Assembly: GCA_014905635.1 (NCBI GenBank)
Contig: JABVCE010000007.1
Span: forward strand, 248,001-312,000
Source: Scenedesmus sp. PABB004
Taxonomy: Eukaryota
Direction of reading: 5' to 3'
DNA length: 64,000 nt
The position numbers and the translations under genes were made by a program. Below the pieces are notes generated by a model, which made no database searches, had not been told where the DNA came from, and worked only from the letters and a program-made list of their open reading frames with translations. Below are positions 1 through 10,866 of the stretch, one piece after another; positions within the stretch are counted from its first letter, which is position 1; the number at the start of each line of letters is the position of its first letter.

Positions 1-833
1 ACGTGCAGCGCGCGCAGCACCGACAGCAGCACCGCGCTGGGCTGCAGCAGCAGCTGCTCGTTGACCTGCAGCAGGTAGGGCGACAGCTGCGCGTTCCACG
101 CCGGCGCGCGCGGCATCGGGTGCAGCAGCACCTGCGGCGGCGGCACGGGTGGCGGCGTGGCGTGAGACATGGGCGGCGCGAGGCATGGGCGGCGTGCACG
201 CAGAGGCCCCCCGCCGCCGAGGCCGAGGGCGTCTGCTGTCAGCCAGCCACGCGTGGCGGCGCACCTGCAGCAGCTTGTCCAGCTCCTGCTCGTCCGGCGC
301 GCCGGCAGCGGCCGCGGAGCCGCCGCCGACCGGCGGCGGCGCCGCCTTCCTGGGCGCCGCCGCTGCAGCGCCCTCGGCCGCCGCTGCCGCCGCGGCCGCC
401 AGCGCGCCCGCGCTGCTCGCCAGGCCCCGCCGCGGCGCGCGCTGCGCCGGCCAGTGCTGCTGCTGCTGATGGCGGGGCCACGGCTGCGGCTCCGGCAGCG
501 CCTGCTGCGCCTGCTGCTGCTGCGGCTGCTGCTGCGGGGCGGCGCTGCCCAGGGCGCGCAGGCCCGCCGCCGCGAGCGCCCTACGAGCGGCGGCGGCGCG
601 CGTGAGGCCCGCGCAGCGGCCGCGTGCGCGCGGACGGCTGGCGCTGCTCCCCCCTGCCTCGCGCACCTGACGCCGGACAGGCCGTCCTGCGCCAGCGAGC
701 GCGCGCCTGCGGCGGCGCGCGGTGCATCCGGGCGGCGGCCGCGGCCGGTGAGCAGCGGCCGCGGCAGCGGCGGCAGCAGACCGCGGCGGGGCGCACCCGC
801 GGCCAGGACGGCCCGAGAGCCCGCAGGAAGCAT
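1..833 (-). CDS. Hypothetical, probably organelle-targeted protein; 5' part of a gene that runs off the window start
   Basis: ATG at 833 (MLPAGSRAVLAAGAPRRGLL..., Arg/Ala-rich transit-like). GT donor at 666. Later exons read APDEQELDKLLQ| and VLLHPMPRAPAWNAQLSPYLLQVNEQLLLQPSAVLLSVLRALH, flanked by GT/AG sites. Confidence 0.4.
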   Translation of the reverse strand, partial: MLPAGSRAVLAAGAPRRGLLPPLPRPLLTGRGRRPDAPRAAAGARSLAQDGLSGVRCARQGGAAPAVRAHAAAARASRAPPPLVGRSRRRACAPWAAPPRSSSRSSSRRSRRCRSRSRGPAISSSSTGRRSARRGGAWRAARARWRPRRQRRPRALQRRRPGRRRRRRSAAAPRPLPARRTSRSWTSCCRCAATRGWLTADALGLGGGGPLRARRPCLAPPMSHATPPPVPPPQVLLHPMPRAPAWNAQLSPYLLQVNEQLLLQPSAVLLSVLRALH

Positions 834-1343
834 CGTGGGCCGACGCCCGCCGGGCGTTGGGCGTCGGGCGCGCGGCCTGGGGCGGGGGCGAGGCGATCGC
901 AGGCCGGCTGCGACGGCTGCGCGCGCGCCTGGGGCCCTGCCGATGCGTCAGATGCGGCGTCCGTCGAGGAGCGCACTCTGCCAGCTGTGCGGGCGGCGGC
1001 GTGGCGTGCTCGCGCGCTGAGAGGGCGACGAGGGCGCAAGGGCTCCGCAGGCCGCCCGCCCCGCTCCTCTCCTGCCCAGCCGGCGCTGAGCTGATGACTG
1101 AGCCACCCCGCGCTCGCTGGCTGCTGCTGCTGAACTGCCGGGCCTGGTGCCGACACCACCACCGCTCGGCCGCAGCCCCTCCACAGGCCCCGATCGCGCG
1201 CGCCCACCGCGCTGCCCGGGTGGCTGTGCCGTGCTGACAGCGGGCCAGCGGCGGGCCGCGGCGAGCGGAGGCGCGGCGGCGCCGGCGCCGCGTCGCTGCT
1301 GCTGCTCGCGGCGCGCGACACCGCCGCGGGTGTGGCGGCGGCG

Positions 1344-1911
1344 ATGGAGCCGGCCGCCCCCGATCCCGACCGCCTGGCGCTGTTTGACGACGCGCTGGAT
1401 GCGCTGCTGGATGCGCTGCAGCCGACGCCAGAGAGCGACGCGGTGCGGCGCGGCGTGGTCGCCGAGATGGCAGACCTGGTCGCCGAGGTGCTGCCGGCGC
1501 ACCTGCACCCCGGGCTGGAGGCGTTTGGCTCCTTCCGCGCGGGGCTCCACCTGCCGGGTGCGCGCTGGAGCGGGGTGCGCGAGCGCCGCGGCCGCGCCCG
1601 GCGGCCTGGAGCCGTTTGCGCGCCCGTGCCCCGCGCCCACGCCCTCTCCGCCCTCTCCCCCCCCCCCCTCCGCGCAGGCAGCGACCTCGACTTTGCCGTG
1701 ACCGGCTGGGTGCCGGCGGCGCCGCCGCAAGGCCCCGACGAGCCGCCGCCGCCGCCGCTGGAGCTGCACGAGTGGTCGCCGCACGAGCAGTGCTGCCTGC
1801 TGGAGGACCTCGCGGACGCGCTCGAGGCGCGCGGCCTCGTGGACGGGCAGGTGCGGCCGCCGCGCCGCGCGGGGCGCGGCGCCCGCCGCTGCTGCTGCTG
1901 CTGCTGCTGCC

Positions 1912-1962
<51 letters not shown>

Positions 1963-3003
1963 GCCGCGCAGCGCCGGCGCCCACGCGCCGCCGCCGCCGC
2001 GTCGCAGGTCGAGCGCATCCTGCACGCGCGCGTGCCGGTGCTCAAGGCGGTCCACGCGCGCACCCGCCTCGCGTGCGACTTTTCGATCAGCCGCCCCGAG
2101 TGCGCGTTCAAGGCGGAGATGCAAAAGTGAGGCGCGCGGGGCCGGCGCCGCCGCCGCTGCTGCGTGGGCTGCGCGGCGCCGCGCAGGGCCGCGGCGCGCG
2201 CCGCGCCCGACCGCCGCCGCGGCGCCGGCGCGCCGCCAGGCTGCTGGGCTCGCTGGACCGGCGCTACGCGGAGCTGTACCGCCTGGTGAAGACCTGGGCG
2301 GCGGCGCACGGCCTGAACGACGCGGCGAGCGGCACGCTCAACAGCTGGAGCCTGGGCCTCCTCGTTGCCTTCTACCTGCAGGCGCGCCCCACACCAGCAG
2401 CAGCAGCCACGCGCAGACGCGCCCGCGGCGCGCGCGCGGCGAGAGCGCCCCCAGCGGGCGCGCGCCCCGAGCACTCGCCGAGCCCGCCGCCGCCGCCGCC
2501 GCCGCCGGCGCCGGCGCGCGCAGTGCGGCGAGACGCCCGCGCTGCTGCCGCCCGTGTGGGAGCTGCTCGAGCGGCAGGCGCCGAGCATGCGCGCGCCGCG
2601 CGTGCTGCAGCGCCCCGGCGTCACGTGCGCGGCGCTGAAGCGCCTGCTCGACCTCGCGACCATCGGCGCGGGGGCCTACCTCGGCAAGCGCGCGCGGCTG
2701 AGCGCGGGGGGCGAGAACCCCAAGACCCTTGCGGAGCTGCTGCTGGGGTTTTTCGGCTTTTGCGGCGCGCAGATGGCCGCCTGGACGGCGGGGCAGGAGG
2801 GCACGCGCGCGAGCGCGTGGTGGGGCCGCTGGGTCTCCGCGCCGTGGGGCGCTAAGCGCTACATCTTTTCGATTGAGGACCCGTTCAATGCGGGTGCGCG
2901 CCGCGCGGCGGCGGCGGCGGCGCTTTGCTCGGCGGCGGGGGCGGCTGGGGTCCAGACACGGCGCGTGTCGCGCCTCGGAGCGCGACCCACACCCGACTCG
3001 CGC

Positions 3004-3037
<34 letters not shown>

Positions 3038-4308
3038 GGCGCCGCGCAGTCGACAACACCGCGCGCTCGGTGGGCACGCACAACAGCCTGGCCAACGCCA
3101 CGACCGCGGGCTACATCGCGTGGGTGACCAGCAGCAGCGAGGCGCGCATGCGCGCCGCGCTCGACGCCACGTCCGGCGGCGACGCTGCGTCAGACGTGCT
3201 CGCCGCGTACGCGTGGCTCTTTGGGCCGAGTGCGGTGCTGCGCCTGCCGCGCCTGCCGGCGCCGCTCGCGGGCGCGCTCGCCGCGGCGGTGCCGGACGAG
3301 GACGCGCGCGAGTCGCACGCGGCCGCGGACGCCGCGCTCGGCGGCGCGACGGCCGCGCTCAGCCTGAGCAGCTGCCTCGTCAACGCGACCAACAACGGCA
3401 GCAGCAGCGACCCGGCCAAGGTGCAGCGCGTGCAGGACGCGCTCGAGCTGTTCAGGCGCCTCGTGGCGAGCCTCGGCGACGGCGGCAGCTGGCCGGTCTG
3501 CCTCGGTGACTACACGGCGCGGCAGCGCGAGCGCGCGGCGGCGGCGCGGCGGCGCCTGGAGGAGCAGGCCGCCGACGGCGGCGCGGCGGGGCTCGCGGCG
3601 GCCGTGGGCGAGCTGCACGTCGGCTCCGCGCCCGCGCGGCCCGCGGCCTGGCCGCCGCACCGGCAGCAGCAGCAAGTCGCGCGCGCGCCGCGCCCCGCGC
3701 AGGCCCGGCGCCAGCCGCACCAGCAGCAGCTGGGCGGCGGCGGCGACGGCGGGGCCCGCGGCCGCAGCCGGAGCAGCGGTGGCGGGGCGGCCCACAGGCA
3801 CGACGCGCAGGCGCGGGCCGCGGCCGTCGTGGCGGCGCTGTCGGCGCTGCCAAACCACCCGCCCGGCGGCAGCGCGCCTCGGGCGGTCCCGGCAGGCAGG
3901 GGCCGGGCCGGCCGGCACAGCAGCAGCGGGGGCGGCGGCGCGGACCTTGGCGCGTCGCTCTTCTCGAGCAGCGCGCCGCTCCCGCCGCGCCCGCGGCGCG
4001 GCCAGGCGGCCGCCGCCGCCGGCGACGGCGGCGCGCAGCCAGCCGACGCCGGGGCGGCACCACAGCGGCACCACGGCGGCGCCGTGCAGGCCGGCGTCGC
4101 AGGCTCGGGCGGCGGCCCGCTGCTGAGCGCGGCGCTCAAGGACGCGCTGCACGCCGCCAACGGCGGCAGCGCCGGCGGGGACGGCGGCGGGCGCCGCCCC
4201 AGGTACCGCGCCGTCCGGCACGGCGGCAGCGAGGCCGGCCAGCGGCGGCACGGCGGCGACGCCGCGCCGCGGCAGCAGCAGCACGTGCACGCCGCGGAGC
4301 ACCACTGA
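1344..4308 (+). CDS. HESO1: Terminal nucleotidyltransferase/TUTase of the Cid1/HESO1 (MUT68-like) family, multi-exon
   Basis: Spliced motifs FGSF..GLHLPG|SDLDFAV (GS and DxD), ARVPVLK..CDFSI, LYRLVKTWAAAHGLNDAASGTLNSWSL, and the PAP-associated IEDPFNA|VDNTARSV. Low-complexity C-terminal tail, TGA at 4306-4308. Confidence 0.85.
1888..1961 (+). repeat. (CTG)n microsatellite inside an intron of the nucleotidyltransferase gene
   Basis: About 24 CTG units with one interruption, lying between the GT donor at ~1851 and the AG acceptor at ~2007. Confidence 0.9.
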
Positions 4309-4426
4309 GGGACCGCGGCACGGCGCTGCGCCTGTCGGCGGCGGCTTCCCGGCGCACGGCGTCTGCGGCCGGCCGCGCGCGCACCTGGCGCCCAGGCGCG
4401 GCTCAATCGGCACGAACTCGTGGTCG

Positions 4427-4431
4427 TGTAA
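4427..4431 (+). promoter_or_regulatory. TGTAA polyadenylation signal of the nucleotidyltransferase gene
   Basis: Chlorophyte UGUAA signal ~120 nt after the stop codon. Confidence 0.55.
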
Positions 4432-4564
4432 CTTTCGCGGATCTCGCGGTGCGCCTGTGGCTCCCGCGCCCTGCCGAGCGCCTCGTGTGTGCGCCCCAGC
4501 AGCATCCGTGCAGCCCAGCGCCGCCCCCCGCCCAGCGCCCAGCTCGACCCGCGCCAGTATCATC

Positions 4565-5629
4565 ATGCAGGCCACGCTCAGCAAGCCCTGCGCCATGCGC
4601 GCTGCCGCGGCGCCGGTGAAGGCTGCCCGGCCGTCCCGCACCACCCGCGTGGCATGCCGGGCTGGCCTCGAGCCTTATCTCCAGGTGCGGGCCCCGCTCT
4701 CGCTCGGATCGCCGCGCTGGCTCGAGCGTTTCCGCCGCCCGCGGGCGCCCATTGCCGCGCGCCCGTGCTGCCAGCAGCCAGGGCCACGCCGGGCTCGCGC
4801 GGGGCAGGGCAGCAGCTGCTGCGCCGCGGGCGGCGGCGCGCAGCGCCGCCGGCGCGCGCCCGAGCTGGCGGCGCACCGGCCGGGCGGGGCGCTGCGCAGC
4901 CGGTGCAGGCGCGGTGCGGCCGGTGCAGGCGCGCCAGGTGCATCGTTTCAGCTGCCTCCCACCCGCCCGCGGCCGCGCAGGTGTGCGCCGGCACCGCGAC
5001 GATGCTGGCGGTCGGCCGCTTCGCCTTCCTGCCCCTGCACCGCCGCGACCTGGAGCGCTCCGCCGCCACGGCCGGCCCCAAGACCACCGGTGCGCCCGCT
5101 CGCCGGCGAGAGCGGCGCGGCCGCGGGACGCGCCCGCGGCCGGCACGCAGCAGGCGGCGCGCGGCGCGGCGCGCGGGCAGCGTCGGCGCCGAGCAGCGCC
5201 GGCGCGGCCCGTCGCGGCCCCCTCCGACCCGCCCCCTCTGCCCGCGCCGCGCCGCAGGCAGCACCTACTTCGACAGCCTGCAGCAGGAGGCCAGCTTCAT
5301 CACCACCACCAACGACCCCGCCGGTGCGCGCGGGCGCCGCCTGGCCGCGCACCCCGGCCACGGCAACGGCGGCCGCAGGCACAGTAGCAGCGGGCGCAGC
5401 AGCGGCAGCGGGCGCAGCTGCTGGTGCAGCGGCTGACGCCTGCCGCCCGCCGCCCCGCGCGCCGCCGCCGCCACCGCTGCTCGCCCTCCCGCCGCCGCCG
5501 CCGCCGCCGCCCCGGGCAGGCTTCACGCTCATCGACACCTTTGCGTGGGGCGCGCTCGGCCACGCGCTGGGCTTTGCCTTCCTGGCCGCCAGCTCCAGCG
5601 GCACCATCCCCGGCGTGAGCGGCCCCTGA
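4565..5629 (+). CDS. PSAG: Photosystem I subunit G (PsaG) precursor, 4 exons
   Basis: Transit peptide MQATLSKPCAMR..., then MLAVGRFAFLPLHRR..GPKTT|GSTYFDSLQQEASFITTTNDPA|GFTLIDTFAWGALGHALGF, which matches the algal PsaG pattern. Confidence 0.92.
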   Translation: MQATLSKPCAMRAAAAPVKAARPSRTTRVACRAGLEPYLQVRAPLSLGSPRWLERFRRPRAPIAARPCCQQPGPRRARAGQGSSCCAAGGGAQRRRRAPELAAHRPGGALRSRCRRGAAGAGAPGASFQLPPTRPRPRRCAPAPRRCWRSAASPSCPCTAATWSAPPPRPAPRPPVRPLAGESGAAAGRARGRHAAGGARRGARAASAPSSAGAARRGPLRPAPSARAAPQAAPTSTACSRRPASSPPPTTPPVRAGAAWPRTPATATAAAGTVAAGAAAAAGAAAGAAADACRPPPRAPPPPPLLALPPPPPPPPRAGFTLIDTFAWGALGHALGFAFLAASSSGTIPGVSGP

Positions 5630-5765
5630 AGCCGTCGCAGCGGCGGGCGCTGCTGCCGAGGAAGCCCCGCGCGCGGGGTGTACATCATCATCGCCGGGCG
5701 CTGTTTTGGGCGGCTGCCGGCGCGCGGGCTTTTTCTCGAGCCCGCGTGCACACACAACGCGGCTG

Positions 5766-5770
5766 TGTAA
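5766..5770 (+). promoter_or_regulatory. TGTAA polyadenylation signal of PSAG
   Basis: TGTAA ~137 nt after the PSAG stop codon. Confidence 0.6.
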
Positions 5771-6151
5771 CACCGGAGAGCAGCGCCACTGGCGCACAGC
5801 GCCGCGGCGGGCAGCGGCAGCGGCGGTTTCGGGCGTCACCGGCCGCCCGATAGCCGCGCGCTTTCAGCTGCCGCGGGCAACCAAAACGCGCGCTGCCCCG
5901 CCAGGAAAACGTGCCGGCTGCAGTTGCTGCTGCTCCTCAGCCCTCCTCCTCTGCGCTGCAGCGCGCCGGACTTCGAGGAGCGCCAGGCCGCGCAGCGAGC
6001 AGCGGCGGCGCCGGGCATGCGAGCCGCCTTCGACCCACGCCAGCGCGCTACAGCCACTGGATCCGTCTCGGGCCGACGAGCAGCTGCCGGCACCGCGGCG
6101 GCACCACCGCGGCGCTCGCCGCTGCTGCGGCGGCACGAGCACTGGCGCCGC

Positions 6152-7277
6152 ATGGCGGCGGCCGCACCGCGGAGCTTGGGCTCGCCTGAGGAGCACCAGC
6201 GGCAGCACGTAGAGGACCAGCAGCAGGACCTCGAGCTGCTCCTCGTCGACGACCCGCACTCCGAGTACTGCGCCAAGGCAAGGCGCTGGTCGCACGCGCC
6301 CCGCTGGCGCGCGCCCCGCTGGCACGCGCGCGCTGCGCGCCCCAGCTCCGCCCGCCACGCGCCGGCGCGCCTGCGCCGCCGGCAGGTCAAGGTCGCGCTC
6401 GCGGCCAAGGGCCTCGCGTGGACGGCGCTGCCCGCGCCGCCCTGCGGCGGCGCCGGCGCGCCGGGCGCCACTCCGCTGGGCAAGATCCCGGCGCTGTGCG
6501 TGCGCGGCGGCCCGCTGCCGCGCGAGGTGCGCGGTGCGCGCACGCCCCGCAACCAGCGCGCGCGCAGCGCTGCCAGCGCCGGCCGGCTGGCTCCGAGACG
6601 GCGCCGCGGCCTGGCCGCGGGCGCGGGCGCAGGTGGTGCTGTGCGAGAGCGAGGTGATCAACGAGTGGCTCGACGAGGCCTTCCCCCTGCCGCCGCTGCT
6701 GCCGCGCGACCCGCTGGCGCGCGCGCAGGTGTGCGGCGCGGCGCGGCCGCCCGCCCGGCCGGCCGCGCGCGCGGCTGCGCCCGCGCGCCGGCCCCCGTCG
6801 TTCAACGCCCGCCCCGCCCCGCGCGCGCGCGCGCGGGGTGCGCCGCAGGCGCGCCTGGTCAGCCGCTTCCACGACCTGTACGCCGAGCCGGCGCTACGGC
6901 AGCTCTACGGCCAGGTCGCGCCAGCAACGCGCGACGCCGCGCGCGTCGCGGACGGGCGTGCGGCCTTCGTGTCGCGGCTGGCCCAGCTCGAGGCGCTGCT
7001 CTGCGCCGAGGGCGGCGGCGCGGGCGGCGGCGGGGCGGCCGCGTACGCGGTGGGCGGCGCGCTCAGCCTCGCCGACTGCGGGTGGCCGGGCCTGCTGACC
7101 TACGCCGAGCTCCTGTGGCCCGCGCTGGGCCTGGGGCCGCTCTCGCTCGCCGCGCTGGGCCTGCCGCGGCTGGCGGCGTGGCGGGAGGCGCTGTGGCGGG
7201 ACCCCGCGGTGCGCGCGGTGCTGGACGAGCTGGAGCCCGCAGCGCGCGCATGGCTGCACGCCAAGCTGGCGCAGTGA
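6152..7277 (+). CDS. Glutathione S-transferase, multi-exon (an in-frame upstream ATG at 6017 is also possible)
   Basis: HSEYCAK|VKVALAAKGL, PLGKIPAL (cis-Pro motif), LCESEVINEWLDEAFP..LLPRDPLARAQ, YAVGGALSLADC, PRLAAWREAL. Confidence 0.85.
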
Positions 7278-7545
7278 CCGCGCGGCGGCGAGCGGCCTCT
7301 GCAACCGGTTGCGACGCAACGACCTCTCCGCACCCGCGCGCGCGCCGACCCCTGCCGCCAGGCTCGGCGGCGGCGCCGCGCGCTCACAGCGCCTTCTGCG
7401 CCGGCGCGGCGGGCGCGCCGGCCGTGGCTGGGCCCGCCGGCGCGGCGGCGCCGGGAGGGCTGCCGGCGGCGCGCAGGCTCGCATAGTACGGCTCCCCGGC
7501 CCACGCCATGAGCGCCGCGCCCGGCGCGGTGCGCCAGATCTGGCT

Positions 7546-10500
7546 CTAGAGCGGCTCGGCGGCCCAGCGCGGCAGCGTGCCGAACAGACCGTTGAGCTCG
7601 CGCAGGAGCAGCGGCAGGCGTGGCAGGTTGTGCCACTGGCCGTCGATGAGCTCGATCGCGCAGCCCCCGGGGCAGGGGCAGGCAGGCAACGCCGGCACGC
7701 CGCCGACGCCCGCCTTCCACAGCTCCAACTCCATGTTGGCTGCCATGGCCGCTGGGTGGAGGCCGCGGGCCGGGAGACGCGGCGCCGCCCGCATCGCCTG
7801 CAGAAGCGCCGCCAGCTTGCCTGCACGACCCGGGGCGGGGCACTGGAAGAGGAAGTGGGCTGCAGTCTCGGCCGCCGGGGCCGACGCCTCAGCGGCCTTG
7901 CATGCGGGGCACGCAGCGCGCAGCCGCGCAGCAGCCGTGCTGCCCCGCTGATAGCCGTGCTCCGCGGCCAAGCCCGCGCATTCAGCGCGCAGGCGCAGTA
8001 GCAACTGCGCGGCCGCGCCGCGCCGGTCATCGGAGAGGTCTGCAAGGTAGTGCCGGGGCTGGGGCTTGTGGTGCCGCAGCTCGCCGGGCCCAAAGGCCCG
8101 CGCGTAGCGCGCTGCAATGCCGCTGGCGCTGCCAGCTGCGCTGCGTCGCCACGCTGCCGTGATGTACGCTCCCGCGCGCCGCGTGATGTGCTGCGCAAAG
8201 CTCACGGCGTCCCAGGCAAACGCGCCCGCTGCAAGCCCCCAGCTGCGCGCCAGGCTATCCAGCGCTCCAGTCCAGCCCCCACTGTGGCCCCACGCCCGCA
8301 GCGCACGCACCACCAGGCGGTCAGCGGGCAGGTGGCGCAGCCTGTGCCAGTAGCGCAGCGCCGCCGCGTTGCAGGCGACGTGCAGCGGCACGACGCCCAG
8401 CTCCTGCTGCAGGCAGACGCGCATAGCGTTTGGCGGGCACCCCAGCGCCCACGCCACCGTCTGCGTCTGCCACGGGTCAAGGTGCTGCCGCTGCGCCGCC
8501 GTGTCCCGGGACCAGACCTGCGCAGCGTATGTGACGCACGGCTGCACGACCGCTGTGAGCGCAAGGCGCCGCACACAGAGAGGCAGACGCAGGTCGCACA
8601 GCACGCCCTGCTGCGCGCGCGCTGCTCGGCCAGCCTGCTGCAGCCTATGCTCCAGGTGCGCGCCCCAGCTCGCGTCGTCCGTAAGGACGACGCCGAGGTA
8701 GGTGTAGGTCTGAACCGCAGGGATGGCCAGGCCGTCGGCGGGGCCCCACCACCACTGTCGCTGTGACGTTGCCGCTGCCGCTGCCGCTACCGCTGCCGCC
8801 GTTGCCGACGACGCTGCCGGTGCCGCTGCCGCCGTTGCCGGCGACGCTGTCGGTGCCGCTGCCGCTGCCGCTGCCGCTGCCGCTGTCGCCGCCGGCGTCG
8901 CCGGCGACGCTGTCGCTGTCGCTGCCGCCTCGGCCGCCGCCGCCGCCGCGGCGCTGCGACGCGCGCGCCGTGACCGCAGCCGCGACCGCACCACCATGAT
9001 GGCCGTCTTGGACGCGTCGCTTGCATCAACGCTGGCCTTGAGCCGCCAGCGGTTGAGCGCAGCATGCGTGACGTCGGCAAGGCTCTGCATCTCCTCCGGC
9101 GAGCCAGCCACGCCAGCACAGTCGTCCGCGTACGCCAGCGCAACGAGCTTATCGTCGGGGTCCGCAGCCGGGGCCAACGTAGCGGCCCCAGCCGGCAGCG
9201 CGGTGGCCGGCGCGGGGAGCGGCACGCCTGGGTGCGCCGCCCACACCTCGCGCAGCACCGCGTCGATGAACACGGTGAACATGGTCGCGGCCAGCGTGTC
9301 GCCCTGCTCCCAGCCCATGCCCGGCTGGTAAGCCGCCGACAGCGCGCTGCGGTGCAGCACGCGGCTGCGCGGGCCGTCCGTCATCTGCGCCAGCACGCGG
9401 AAGAGCTTGCCGCGCACTCCCCGATGCCACAGCTGCCACAGCAGCCCGGCGCGCCAGACGGTGTCGCAGGCCTTGTGGATGTCCAGGAAAAGGACATACG
9501 TGTCGAGACCGGCCGCGCGACGGGCGGCCAGGCAGGACGTGAGGATGAAGATGTTGTCCTGCGCGTTGCGGCCGGGCCTGAAGCCGTGCTGGGCGTCGTG
9601 GAGGTGGCCGCCCTCCTCGAGGTGGGCGACGAGACGGGCGTTGAGTACGAGGTGGTAGAGCTTGTCCACCGCGGAGCCCAGGGTGATCGGCCGGTAGTTG
9701 GCGGGCTCGGCGCGGTCGCCGCGCTTGTAGATCGGGCGCACGACGCCGTCAGTTTGCGCCTTGACCTCTAGGTCGAACTGCAGGTTGTAGAAGGTAGCCA
9801 GCGCAGCCCAGACGGCCTCGCCGCCAAAACGCAGGAGTTCGTTGGGCACGTCGTCGAGCGGGATGGGCGCGCGGTTGTTCTTCCGCGTGCCGGCTTGATC
9901 AGCGACGTCGTCGACGGTGATGGGTGCCGACAGGCCCGCATGCCCCTCGGCCACGTGCGACGCCTCGGCGCGGAAGCGCGCGACATCTGCCTCCACCTGC
10001 TGGCGGTGCTGCTCGTCAAAGTCGGCACCGCCGCGAACGCCACGGGGTCGCCGACCGATGCGTATTGCACTGCCAGCGCGTCCGCAATCTGCTGGTCGCC
10101 GACCACCAGACCAGCGTCGGCCGCGCTACCAGGTACGCGCAGCGCGCTGGGCCCGGCGTCGCGCGCGCCCGCCTGGCCGGCCAGGCGCCGTAGCTGCGCC
10201 CAGACGCCCTTGTCGTCACGCGCCGCCTGCAGCTGAAACACACGCTCGACGTCGCGCGCGCACGCTGCGCGGTGCGCGGCGTCGACCGCCTGCTCCAGCG
10301 CGCGCTCCGCGTCGTGGCTGCGCTGCTGCGCCACAGCGAGCTGCCCCGCCGCGCCCGAGGCGGTGCCGTCGGCGGCAGCCGCCGCGCGGGCAGCCGCCAG
10401 CGCGGCATCAGCGTCGCGGCGCGCGCGCGCTGCGCGCTGCAGCGCGGGCGCGGCCGGACGCGCGCCCGTAACGCCTCCCTGCCGCGCGTCCCGGAAGCCG

Positions 10501-10866
10501 ATGCTGCCGTCGACCGCCTCCCACAGGCGCGCGCACAGTACCTGCTTGGCGAGCGTGCACGCCTCCGCCGCCGCGAGGGCCCCCACCGCGACGCTCGCGC
10601 GCAGGTTGTCGACGATGGCGGCGTAGTCACGCATGGCCGCGTCGGCAGCGTGATGGTAGTCTTGGATGGCGCTGGCCGCGGTGAACGGATCCTTGAGCAG
10701 TTGTGTGCGCGCGACGCGCCGCGGCTGCACCGGAACCGGCACGCGGCGCACGGGGTGTGGCACGCCAGTCCAGAGCAGCAGATGGTCGGAGTGCGTGATG
10801 CGCCAGCCACGCTCGACCCGCAGCACACAACGTGCAGGCCGCCCCGCGGTGGGCAGGGCCCACGCC
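7546..10866 (-). mobile_element. Non-LTR retrotransposon (APE-type LINE), 5'-truncated and frameshifted; 3' end not resolved
   Basis: RT motifs NYRPITL, QHGFRPGR, LFLDIHKACDTV, QGDTLA, LAYADD and YTYLG. C-terminal CPAC..ETAAHFLFQC Zn-knuckle. Only the C-terminal SDH remnant of the APE endonuclease (THSDHLLLW, ~10780) remains upstream. No introns. Confidence 0.9.
7546..10866 (-). pseudogene. LINE ORF2 (APE remnant, RT, CCHC) split by a 1-nt frameshift near 10028
   Basis: The upstream frame ...VGDPVAFAA continues as GADFDEQHRQQVEADVARF only after a frame change (ORFs 9768..11387 and 7546..9996). Confidence 0.75.

Noticed and set aside
1888..1961. Poly-Cys/poly-Gln/poly-Leu protein tract
   Set aside because: Lies inside an intron; it is a microsatellite only.
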